Shown one piece after another: positions 35,872-44,721 of a DNA stretch of 64,000 nt. The stretch lies in assembly GCF_058153355.1 (NCBI RefSeq), contig NZ_CM177019.1; one strand, 5' to 3'. Below the pieces are notes generated by a model. It saw nothing but the letters and a program-made list of their open reading frames with translations, had not been told where the DNA came from and did not search any database. The position numbers were made by a program, and so were the translations under genes. How positions within the stretch are numbered: position 1 is the stretch's first letter; every line of letters begins with the position of its first letter.

Positions 35872-37259
35872 TTCAACAACATCTCCAAAAACCGTTGCTC
35901 ATCTTCAAGGCAGCGTAAATCCAGCCACAATCGTCCGTCATAAATACGACCAATCACCGGCACTGGCAATTCACGCCAGCGGGCGGCTAATGACTCAAGG
36001 TGGCTACCGCGTCCATCATGGGGTGTAAACGTTAATGCCGCGCTCGGCAGGCGATCAACCGGCAGCGAACCACTGCCAATCTGCGAAAGACATGGCATAA
36101 CCTGTACCGCGAACTCCGCGCCGTAATGTGCGGCAAGGGGGGCCTGTAAACGTTGTGCCTGGATTTGAATGACCTCTGCGCTGCGGGTAAGCAGACGCAG
36201 GGTCGGTAATTTTTCACTCAGCGCCTCAGGGTGTAAATAAAGACGCAACGTGGCTTCCAGCGCCGCGAGGGTCATTTTATCCGCGCGTAATGCACGCTTC
36301 AGTGGATGGCTTTGCAGGCGGGCGATCATCTCTTTTTTACCAACAATAATTCCTGCCTGCGGCCCGCCTAACAGCTTGTCGCCGGAGAAGCTCACCAGAC
36401 TGACGCCCGCCGCAATCAACTCCTGCGGCATTGGCTCTTTCGGCAAACCGTACTGGCTAAGATCAACCAGCGAGCCACTGCCTAAATCAGTTACTACGGG
36501 AACATCCAGCTCTTTGCCGAGCGCCACCAGTTCCGCTTCATCTATCGCTTTGGTGAATCCCTGAATGCTGTAGTTACTGGTATGTACTTTCATCAACAGC
36601 GCGGTATTTTCATTCACCGCCTGGCGATAATCATTAGCGTGCGTGCGATTGGTGGTCCCCACTTCGTGTAGGGTGCAGCCTGCCTGACGCATGACATCAG
36701 GAATACGAAACGCACCGCCAATCTCCACCAGTTCGCCGCGAGAAACCACAACCTCTTTCCCGCTGGCAGTGGCCGCCAACATCAACAAGACCGCCGCCGC
36801 ATTGTTATTAACGATACAGGCATCTTCCGCCCCCGTAATACGGCACAGCAGCTGCGCCAGCGCCCGATCGCGATGTCCGCGTCCGGCGTCATCCAGATCG
36901 TATTCGAGGGTTACTGGCGAACGCATAGCCTGCGCAACGGCTTCCACCGCGGCTTCCGCCTGTAAAGCTCGCCCAAGGTTGGTATGCAGCACGGTTCCCG
37001 TCAGGTTGATCACCGGACGCAGCGCGCTTTGCGCCTCTTTCGTCAACCGGGCATCAACTTCTTGCGCCCAGTTTTCACACCACGCGGGTAGCGTCTGGCT
37101 GTCACGAATCACTTCTCGCGCTTCGTCAAGCATCTGACGCAGCAACTCCACCACGCGGGTGTGACCATAGGTATCACGCAAAGAAAGGAAAGAGCTATCG
37201 CGCAATAAGCGATCAATAGCCGGAAGTTGACTATAGAGGGAACGCGTTTCGGTTGTCAT
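35868..37259 (-). CDS. selA: L-seryl-tRNA(Sec) selenium transferase
   Basis: 463 aa; PLP-dependent SelA fold (…[15 protein letters not shown]…). Confidence 0.95.
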   Translation of the reverse strand: MTTETRSLYSQLPAIDRLLRDSSFLSLRDTYGHTRVVELLRQMLDEAREVIRDSQTLPAWCENWAQEVDARLTKEAQSALRPVINLTGTVLHTNLGRALQAEAAVEAVAQAMRSPVTLEYDLDDAGRGHRDRALAQLLCRITGAEDACIVNNNAAAVLLMLAATASGKEVVVSRGELVEIGGAFRIPDVMRQAGCTLHEVGTTNRTHANDYRQAVNENTALLMKVHTSNYSIQGFTKAIDEAELVALGKELDVPVVTDLGSGSLVDLSQYGLPKEPMPQELIAAGVSLVSFSGDKLLGGPQAGIIVGKKEMIARLQSHPLKRALRADKMTLAALEATLRLYLHPEALSEKLPTLRLLTRSAEVIQIQAQRLQAPLAAHYGAEFAVQVMPCLSQIGSGSLPVDRLPSAALTFTPHDGRGSHLESLAARWRELPVPVIGRIYDGRLWLDLRCLEDEQRFLEMLLK

Positions 37260-37356
37260 AGGAAACCTGGCTGATCAAGGCCCTCTCACACGGAGAAGGG
37301 CGTTTAACATAACCACGGATTGTAACGTGAGATGGGTCAGGAGGACATATCGCGCA

Positions 37357-37965
37357 TCAAGCCTTTGGCGGTTCGGTGCGGGCAAAACTTTCGCGGCTAA
37401 ACAGGTTTTCGACCAGTTTGACTAAGTGTGGGCGGTCGACACACCAGCCTGGCGCAACGCGGCGGAAATTGAGATATCCGACGGCACAGGCAATGGCGAT
37501 AGTCGCCAGATTGACCGTATCGGTTTTGAGCGTGCCATCGACCAGATATCCTTCCAGCACATCCAGACTGCGGTTGATTTTCTCCCGCTGGCGTAATAAT
37601 TCATCTTCAGACTGCTGCGGCGCCGGACGTGCCTGTTCACGCACCGACACCAGCCCGGCATCCATAATGCCATCCGCCAGCGCCTCAATTTTGCGCACCC
37701 GCAACGACTCCAGCGGATCGCGCGGCAACATCGCCGGAGCGACATTCATTAATTCAATATATTCAGCGATGATCGGCGAATCAAACCAACATTCGCCCTC
37801 TTCGGTCACCAGCACCGGCACTTTCCCTAACGGGTTAAATTGCGCCACGCCGTTGTCTGCGTTATAGGGCAGTTCATTAATAAATTCGAAAGTTATGCCC
37901 TTTTCTAACAACAGAATAGAAAGTTTGCGTACAAACGGGCTGGTGTAGCTACCGACGAGTTTCAT
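37357..37965 (-). CDS. yibF: Glutathione S-transferase-like protein
   Basis: 202 aa, GST N-terminal thioredoxin-like region and C-terminal domain. Confidence 0.85.
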   Translation of the reverse strand: MKLVGSYTSPFVRKLSILLLEKGITFEFINELPYNADNGVAQFNPLGKVPVLVTEEGECWFDSPIIAEYIELMNVAPAMLPRDPLESLRVRKIEALADGIMDAGLVSVREQARPAPQQSEDELLRQREKINRSLDVLEGYLVDGTLKTDTVNLATIAIACAVGYLNFRRVAPGWCVDRPHLVKLVENLFSRESFARTEPPKA

Positions 37966-38180
37966 GCCGAGTCCTTTGTGCGAGGAAAAATATCAGTATG
38001 GCCTGGTGATGGGAAAAAGGGCAGAAAATGTTGATGGTTTGTTACTTCCCAATAAATCACATATTTATCATGGTGATATAAATATTTTCCTAATTGTTCT
38101 TATCTGACAGATATCTCACTTAAGGCTTTCTTATAAATCTGTAGGGTTTGCACCATGAGTGCGGTAGCTATGAGGTTTAT

Positions 38181-40493
38181 ATGTCCTCAGAAGGATTACG
38201 TTTCACGCTGTCGGTGGCCGGTATCGTGGAGATGGCGACGGCGGTGGTGAGCTTCCGTCTGTACCAGCACCACTGCACGCCGTTCATCCTGGATGTGGAT
38301 ATCGCCAGCGGGCTGCCCGACCTGACGGCGGAGGATTTTCTGGAGAAGAGCGCGGTGCTGACGGTCTGGCAGGGTGATATCCCGCAGCGTTACGTCAGCG
38401 GTATCGTGACGGAGGTGCAGCTCGGTGAGAACAACGACTGGCAGATGCGTTATTCCCTGAGCATCAGCCCGCCGCTGTGGCGGGCAGGGTTACGGCAGAA
38501 CTTCCGTATCTTCCAGCAGCAGGACATTCAGACGATATCAGCACAGCTTCTGAGAGAGAACGGGGTGACGGCGTGGATGCCGCTGTTCTATGAGGCGCAC
38601 CCGGCGCGGGAGTTCTGCGTGCAGTACGGGGAGAGCGACCTGGCATTCCTGACCCGGCTGTGGGCGGAGGAAGGTATCTTCTTTTATGAGCGCTGCGGTC
38701 AGGAAGGGCCGGAGCAGAAGCTGGCGGTGTGTGATGACGTGGCGGGGCTGACGGGAATGGGGGCGCTGGCGTTTAACCCGAATACCACGACCGGGGGAAC
38801 GACGGAGTACATCAGTGAGTTTCGTTACCGTGCGCAGATAAGCGTGGCGTCGGTGGAGACGCAGGATTATACGTTCAAAACGCCGGGGTGGCCGGGGTAC
38901 TACAGCCATGACGGGGAGAGCCTGAACGGGCAGGGAACGCAGTACGAGATATTTGATTATCCGGGGCGTTTCAAGGATGAGCAGCATGGCCAGGATTTTG
39001 CGCGTTACCAGACGGAAGGGTGGCGGAACGGGGCGGAGACGGCGAGCGGGGTGTGTAACACGGCGCGGCTGTGGCCGGGAACGCGGTTCCGGCTGACGGG
39101 CCATCCCTCAGAGACGCTGAACCGGGAATGGCAGGTTGTGGGAAGCACACTGCGGGGAGAACAGCCGCAGGCGCTGCACGGGAGTCACGGTGAAGGGACG
39201 ACACTGAGCAATCAGTTTGAGGTGATACCGGCAGACAGGACGTGGCGTCACGCGCCGCTGCCGAAGCCGAAGGTGGACGGCCCGCAGAGTGCCATCGTGA
39301 CCGGGCCGAAGGGTGAGGAGATATTCTGCGACGAGCATGGCCGGGTACGGGTGAAGTTTCACTGGGACCGTTATCACGGGATGACGGAGGAGAGTTCGTG
39401 CTGGATACGGGTGTCGCAGGCATGGGCGGGACCGGGGTTCGGCAATCTGGCGATACCGCGTGTGGGTCAGGAAGTGATAGTGGACTTTCTGAACGGCGAC
39501 CCGGACCAGCCCATTGTGACGGGGCGGACCTACCATGAAGATAACCGTTCACCGGGGGATTTACCGGGCACGCGGACGCAGATGACCATCCGCTCGAAGA
39601 CCTATAAAGGAAGCGGCTTTAATGAACTGCGTTTCGAGGATGCGACGGACAGTGAGCAGGTGTATATCCACGCGCAGAAGAACATGGACACGGAGGTGCT
39701 TAACGACCGGACGACGGACGTGAAGCATGACCATACGGAGACCATCGGTAACGACCAGAAGATAAGGGTGGTGAAGGGGCAGACGGTTGAGGTCGGCACC
39801 AGAAAAGAAGGGGGTCACGACCAGAGTATCACGGTGGCGAACGACCGGCGCATAACGGTACGTAATGACCAGACGCTGAAGGTGACGAATGACCGGACGG
39901 TGAGCGTGAGTCACGATGACGGCCTGTATGTCAGAAACGACCGTAAAGTGACGGTGGAAGGGAAGCAGGAGCATAAGACGACGGGGAACCATATCAGCCT
40001 GGTGGAGGGAAAGCACAGTCTGGAGGTGAAGGGCGACCTGGCGGAGAAGGTGAGTGGCGCGCTGGGGATCAAGGTGGACGGGGATATCGTGCTGGAGAGC
40101 AGCAGCCGGATAAGCCTGAAAGTGGGCGGCTCGTTCGTGGTGATACACTCTGGCGGTGTGGATATTGCGGGGCCGAAGATAAACCTCAACGGGGGAGGCA
40201 GTCCGGGGACGCCAGTACAGACGTTACAACCGGTGGTACTGGAGGCGCTGGAGGATGAGAATGATGATGAGAACCCTGAAAAATATACTCTCCAGTTCCA
40301 TTTTACAGACGATGACGGGATACCGTATTCAGAGACACGCTACATTGCCTTCTTTGAGGACGGCACGCAGACGCGAGGGGAGACGGATGAAAATGGGTAT
40401 ACGGAAACATTCTCCACTGACAGCGAGCAGACAATCGAAGTCAGATTGTTGCATTTGAATATCGATATGATATGGGGAGGGATTAATGAATAG
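38181..40493 (+). CDS. vgrG: Type VI secretion spike protein VgrG (copy 1) with ~80-aa C-terminal extension (possible transthyretin-like adaptor domain)
   Basis: 770 aa from MSSEGLRFTLSVAGIVE…; gp27-like N-domain, gp5-like OB/beta-helix region with repeated VxVxV-type strands (…ITVANDRRITVRNDQTLKVTNDRTVSVSHDD…), then …VVIHSGGVDIAGPKINLNGGGSPG and an extension …YTLQFHFTDDDGIPYSETRYIAFFEDGTQTRGETDENGYTETF…. No YD repeats, so not Rhs. Confidence 0.9.
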   Translation: MSSEGLRFTLSVAGIVEMATAVVSFRLYQHHCTPFILDVDIASGLPDLTAEDFLEKSAVLTVWQGDIPQRYVSGIVTEVQLGENNDWQMRYSLSISPPLWRAGLRQNFRIFQQQDIQTISAQLLRENGVTAWMPLFYEAHPAREFCVQYGESDLAFLTRLWAEEGIFFYERCGQEGPEQKLAVCDDVAGLTGMGALAFNPNTTTGGTTEYISEFRYRAQISVASVETQDYTFKTPGWPGYYSHDGESLNGQGTQYEIFDYPGRFKDEQHGQDFARYQTEGWRNGAETASGVCNTARLWPGTRFRLTGHPSETLNREWQVVGSTLRGEQPQALHGSHGEGTTLSNQFEVIPADRTWRHAPLPKPKVDGPQSAIVTGPKGEEIFCDEHGRVRVKFHWDRYHGMTEESSCWIRVSQAWAGPGFGNLAIPRVGQEVIVDFLNGDPDQPIVTGRTYHEDNRSPGDLPGTRTQMTIRSKTYKGSGFNELRFEDATDSEQVYIHAQKNMDTEVLNDRTTDVKHDHTETIGNDQKIRVVKGQTVEVGTRKEGGHDQSITVANDRRITVRNDQTLKVTNDRTVSVSHDDGLYVRNDRKVTVEGKQEHKTTGNHISLVEGKHSLEVKGDLAEKVSGALGIKVDGDIVLESSSRISLKVGGSFVVIHSGGVDIAGPKINLNGGGSPGTPVQTLQPVVLEALEDENDDENPEKYTLQFHFTDDDGIPYSETRYIAFFEDGTQTRGETDENGYTETFSTDSEQTIEVRLLHLNIDMIWGGINE
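39163..40040. repeat. Near-identical ~0.9-kb vgrG 3'-core repeat, copy 1 of 3
   Basis: Sequence and six-frame antisense ORFs are identical to 43497-44374 and 49075-49900 (e.g. ORF 39602-39799 = 43935-44132 = 49459-49656). Confidence 0.85.
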
Positions 40494-40576
40494 AGAGTGA
40501 CCGCCTGTAATTGGCGTGTTTTTGCATAAATGGAACAGGGTTTTGTAGTGAAAACATATTGCTAAGGAGGATTTAT

Positions 40577-41422
40577 ATGGGAGATGGAAAGGGTAGTACG
40601 AGCGGAAAAAGCCAGAGCGGTGAACAGTGTGTAGTTTTAAAGGAGGGAAAAATTACTAATGATTTTAAAATAATGATGAGAGAGGCTCTGAAGGCGCTGA
40701 TGGCTGTATTGAAGAAAAGAGTAGAAGATCTTGGTGATAAATGGGGAGAGGAACAAAATCAGGAGTTTATAAATATATTTGGTATTGATGGAAATACTTA
40801 TATTAAATTAGAGTTCCCTTTCGGGGGGCGTAAGGTTATGTTTCCAGAGAATATAAAGGCAAGGGATTATATGAGAAATGGCGTTACTCGCCTGTATGAG
40901 ATATGTGGGGAATTATCTGTGGAAGGTGATTGTGTAGACGTTACTATTCATGACCATTTCCTCAAACGTGATGCCAATTGTAATCTTGTTCTTAATGACA
41001 AAGGGGGTAATGAATATGTTGACAAAGACGTAATCAGGCCCAAAACCGGTAACTTTGTGAATTGTACAGATAATGACGCTTATGCTGCCAATGTAACTTA
41101 CGATCAGATTTTGGGTGTAAAACCTGGAGGCTTTAAAAGTTTGGTAAGTATAACTATAGGACAAAGATTTATAGATAGGCCACCCACTGGGAAAAACTCT
41201 AAGGCATCGACACTCTGCCATGAACTATCTCACTTTATAAGGTACGGGGATTCATTTAAGTTTGGAGGCATGTGGACGGAAGATATGCCGGTAGATATAG
41301 AGTATAATACAGGTGACGAATATATTGTTCATGCCACTAAATTAAAAAATGATAAAAAATCAGAACTATTTCAGAATGCATATAATATCGAACGTTATTT
41401 CGAGATTCATGTACCATATTGA
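40577..41422 (+). CDS. Putative T6SS effector, HExxH zincin-like metallopeptidase candidate
   Basis: 281 aa from ATG 40577 (RBS aaggagg upstream); AT-rich; HELSH motif at 41219-41233 followed by …GGMWTEDMPVDIEYNTGDEY…; no signal peptide; directly downstream of vgrG-1. Confidence 0.55.
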   Translation: MGDGKGSTSGKSQSGEQCVVLKEGKITNDFKIMMREALKALMAVLKKRVEDLGDKWGEEQNQEFINIFGIDGNTYIKLEFPFGGRKVMFPENIKARDYMRNGVTRLYEICGELSVEGDCVDVTIHDHFLKRDANCNLVLNDKGGNEYVDKDVIRPKTGNFVNCTDNDAYAANVTYDQILGVKPGGFKSLVSITIGQRFIDRPPTGKNSKASTLCHELSHFIRYGDSFKFGGMWTEDMPVDIEYNTGDEYIVHATKLKNDKKSELFQNAYNIERYFEIHVPY

Positions 41423-41446
41423 TGCTTTTATTTGACGGGGGAGTAT

Positions 41447-42355
41447 ATGCTTGCTAGATGGATTGTTTTTATTGTTTTTTTTGCGCATCCAATATTTGCT
41501 TATGATATCTCTGGCGATTATGCTGTTCATTACAGATATGGGAAGTTATATTGGAATGGAGTAATGGACAAACTTGGTGTCTATCCTCGTGTAGAGCCGA
41601 CAAGGCTTAATTATTATGATTATTATGATGATCTTTCAGCCTATGCTGTTTTTCAATATTATACTATCAGTAAAAATGAGAGTCAGTATAATCAAGATAA
41701 AAATAAAATATATCTTCATCTTTCCGTGCATCAGAAAGAAAATATTGTAGCAGCTGCAGTGGTTTTATCGAATAAAAGCCAGGGATCTTATTTTGTTCAT
41801 CGACTAACTCTTCCTCTTGACGTTAACGGCGGGCCTTACTCTTCCTTGTGTAGTGGTGTGTTTATACCGATAATGGATAACATTCAGTTGGATTTTTTAA
41901 AAAAAACAAAATGTAGCTTTGGTGAATGGAAAAATAAATCCGTTTGGCACGAGATATTAACAGGGAAAGAGCTATCCTTTGATGTCATATTGAACGATTA
42001 TTATGCCTTTTTACCGGGCATTCATCGTTATAATATAGGAACGGTAGAATTTACAATAGTTAATCAAGAGTGGTTTACAGAACAATGTATATATGAGTAT
42101 TTTCTTTCTATTATGAACTGGCGGGCAGAAAGTGAGTGTACTAATCCTATAGATAAAATAAGATATGGTATAGAGGAGTGGCGGGTTTGGAGAATTTGTG
42201 GACCTTATCGTGGGTCAGGTCTATTTCAGGATTTTTTAGCACGCTTTGGCTATCATGGCGGTAATGATAATATATTCAAAATAAGATCAAATCAGGTTGT
42301 GGTTACTATTGATGGGGATAGGGCATCTCCTCCTTATTCGTTGAGGAATTATTAA
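41447..42355 (+). CDS. Putative cognate immunity protein (secreted/periplasmic) for the HExxH effector
   Basis: ~303 aa with N-terminal signal peptide MLARWIVFIVFFAHPIFA; AT-rich; starts 24 bp after the effector stop; no recognisable family. Confidence 0.45.
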   Translation: MLARWIVFIVFFAHPIFAYDISGDYAVHYRYGKLYWNGVMDKLGVYPRVEPTRLNYYDYYDDLSAYAVFQYYTISKNESQYNQDKNKIYLHLSVHQKENIVAAAVVLSNKSQGSYFVHRLTLPLDVNGGPYSSLCSGVFIPIMDNIQLDFLKKTKCSFGEWKNKSVWHEILTGKELSFDVILNDYYAFLPGIHRYNIGTVEFTIVNQEWFTEQCIYEYFLSIMNWRAESECTNPIDKIRYGIEEWRVWRICGPYRGSGLFQDFLARFGYHGGNDNIFKIRSNQVVVTIDGDRASPPYSLRNY

Positions 42356-42510
42356 TGTTAACTTATTGTCATGGCTACAATTCGTTGGTTTTCCTGTTGA
42401 GATGATAATATATATGAGAAAAACAGGCAATGAACCAGTGAGAGAATATCAGAAGATACGGTCAACATCGGTTAATTACTTTTTCCTGTAGCGATACCAG
42501 GGAGGTCATC

Positions 42511-44712
42511 ATGTCATTAAAAGGGCTGCGCTTTACGCTGACGGTGGACGGACTGGTGCCGGAGACGTTTGCGGTGGTGGATTTCCGCCTCACGCAGGCA
42601 TACTCATCGCCGTTCGTCCTGGATGTGGACGTTGCCAGCGACTCGTTCCGCCAGACGGCGGAGAAGCTGCTGGAGAAGGGGGCCGTACTGACCATCTGGC
42701 AGGGTGGCACGGCGCTGCGTTATGTGAGCGGTGTGGTGTCGGGGTTCGGCATGAAGGAGCACAACGGCTGGCAGATGCAGTACCACCTTCAGATACGTCC
42801 GCCCCTGTGGCGCAGCGGGCTGCGCCAGAACTACCGAATCTTCCAGCAGCAGGACATTCAGGCCATCTCCGCCACGCTGTTAAACGAGGACGGAGTGACG
42901 CAGTGGACGCCGCGCTTTTATGAGAGCCACCCGGCACGGGAGTTCTGCGTCCAGTACGGTGAAAGCGACATGGCGTTTCTGACCCGGCTGTGGGCGGGGG
43001 AAGGCATCTTCTTTTATGACAGATACGCTGACGACAGCCCGGAGCAGACGCTCACGCTGTGCGATGATGTGGCGGGCCTGCCGGTGTACGGGGAGATACC
43101 GTTTAACCCGAACACCCGTGAGGTGACGACGGCGTGCATCAGCCTGTTCCGCTACCAGGCGCAGGTGCGGCCCTCGCAGGTGCGTTCAAAAGACCACACG
43201 TTTAAGGTGCCGGACTGGCCGGGTATTTACATTGAGGATGCTGAAAACCTCAACGGGCAACTGAAGCAGTACAAAATCCTGGACTGGCCGGGGCGCTACA
43301 AGGACGAGCAGCATGGTCAGGACTTTACCCGCTACCGGCTGGAAGGGCTGCGTAACAGTGCTGAAACCGCCACAGGTATCAGTAACTCCCCGGCGCTGTG
43401 GCCGGGACGGCGGTTCACCTTGACGGGGCATCCGGTACAGGGAGCGAACCCGAACCGTGAGTGGCAGGTGGTGAGCAGCACGCTGACGGGGAGCCAGCCG
43501 CAGGCGCTGCACGGGAGTCACGGTGAAGGGACGACACTGAGCAATCAGTTTGAGGTGATACCGGCAGACAGGACGTGGCGTCACGCGCCGCTGCCGAAGC
43601 CGAAGGTGGACGGCCCGCAGAGTGCCATCGTGACCGGGCCGAAGGGTGAGGAGATATTCTGCGACGAGCATGGCCGGGTACGGGTGAAGTTTCACTGGGA
43701 CCGTTATCACGGGATGACGGAGGAGAGTTCGTGCTGGATACGGGTGTCGCAGGCATGGGCGGGACCGGGGTTCGGCAATCTGGCGATACCGCGTGTGGGT
43801 CAGGAAGTGATAGTGGACTTTCTGAACGGCGACCCGGACCAGCCCATTGTGACGGGGCGGACCTACCATGAAGATAACCGTTCACCGGGGGATTTACCGG
43901 GCACGCGGACGCAGATGACCATCCGCTCGAAGACCTATAAAGGAAGCGGCTTTAATGAACTGCGTTTCGAGGATGCGACGGACAGTGAGCAGGTGTATAT
44001 CCACGCGCAGAAGAACATGGACACGGAGGTGCTTAACGACCGGACGACGGACGTGAAGCATGACCATACGGAGACCATCGGTAACGACCAGAAGATAAGG
44101 GTGGTGAAGGGGCAGACGGTTGAGGTCGGCACCAGAAAAGAAGGGGGTCACGACCAGAGTATCACGGTGGCGAACGACCGGCGCATAACGGTACGTAATG
44201 ACCAGACGCTGAAGGTGACGAATGACCGGACGGTGAGCGTGAGTCACGATGACGGCCTGTATGTCAGAAACGACCGTAAAGTGACGGTGGAAGGGAAGCA
44301 GGAGCATAAGACGACGGGGAACCATATCAGCCTGGTGGAGGGAAAGCACAGTCTGGAGGTGAAGGGCGACCTGGCGAGGAAGATTACCGGTGCGCTGGGA
44401 ATGAAGGTCCGGAATGAAATCGTACTGGAGAGTGGCGGTAAAATCACCCTAAAGGTGGGTGGTTCGTTTGTGGTCATCCATTCAGGGGGCGTGGACATCG
44501 TCGGGCCGAAAATCAATCTCAATAGCGGCGGTAGTCCGGGAACGCCGGTGCCGACGCTACGACCGGCGGTTTTGAAAGCGCTGGCAGATTATGACAATGG
44601 CGGACCTGGAACTGAAGGGGCGGAGCCACCACGGAAAAGTGTACAGGAAGCCTTTGATCCTCCCCAGCAGGATAAGGTACCGCCACAACGGCCGGGAAGA
44701 TTCTCACGATAA
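42511..44712 (+). CDS. vgrG: Type VI secretion spike protein VgrG (copy 2)
   Basis: 733 aa from MSLKGLRFTLTVDGLVPETFAVVDF…; same architecture as copy 1; short Pro/Gln-rich C-terminal tail. Confidence 0.9.
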   Translation: MSLKGLRFTLTVDGLVPETFAVVDFRLTQAYSSPFVLDVDVASDSFRQTAEKLLEKGAVLTIWQGGTALRYVSGVVSGFGMKEHNGWQMQYHLQIRPPLWRSGLRQNYRIFQQQDIQAISATLLNEDGVTQWTPRFYESHPAREFCVQYGESDMAFLTRLWAGEGIFFYDRYADDSPEQTLTLCDDVAGLPVYGEIPFNPNTREVTTACISLFRYQAQVRPSQVRSKDHTFKVPDWPGIYIEDAENLNGQLKQYKILDWPGRYKDEQHGQDFTRYRLEGLRNSAETATGISNSPALWPGRRFTLTGHPVQGANPNREWQVVSSTLTGSQPQALHGSHGEGTTLSNQFEVIPADRTWRHAPLPKPKVDGPQSAIVTGPKGEEIFCDEHGRVRVKFHWDRYHGMTEESSCWIRVSQAWAGPGFGNLAIPRVGQEVIVDFLNGDPDQPIVTGRTYHEDNRSPGDLPGTRTQMTIRSKTYKGSGFNELRFEDATDSEQVYIHAQKNMDTEVLNDRTTDVKHDHTETIGNDQKIRVVKGQTVEVGTRKEGGHDQSITVANDRRITVRNDQTLKVTNDRTVSVSHDDGLYVRNDRKVTVEGKQEHKTTGNHISLVEGKHSLEVKGDLARKITGALGMKVRNEIVLESGGKITLKVGGSFVVIHSGGVDIVGPKINLNSGGSPGTPVPTLRPAVLKALADYDNGGPGTEGAEPPRKSVQEAFDPPQQDKVPPQRPGRFSR
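43497..44374. repeat. Near-identical ~0.9-kb vgrG 3'-core repeat, copy 2 of 3
   Basis: See copy 1. Confidence 0.85.
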
Positions 44713-44721
44713 GGACTGAAC

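Noticed and set aside
38464-40189. Long antisense ORFs inside vgrG-1 (e.g. 38538-39104, 38971-39552, 39561-40148), with equivalents inside vgrG-2 and vgrG-3
   Set aside because: Arg/Pro/His-rich low-complexity translations opposite a well-supported GC-rich gene; a typical artefact of high GC, repeated identically in each vgrG copy.
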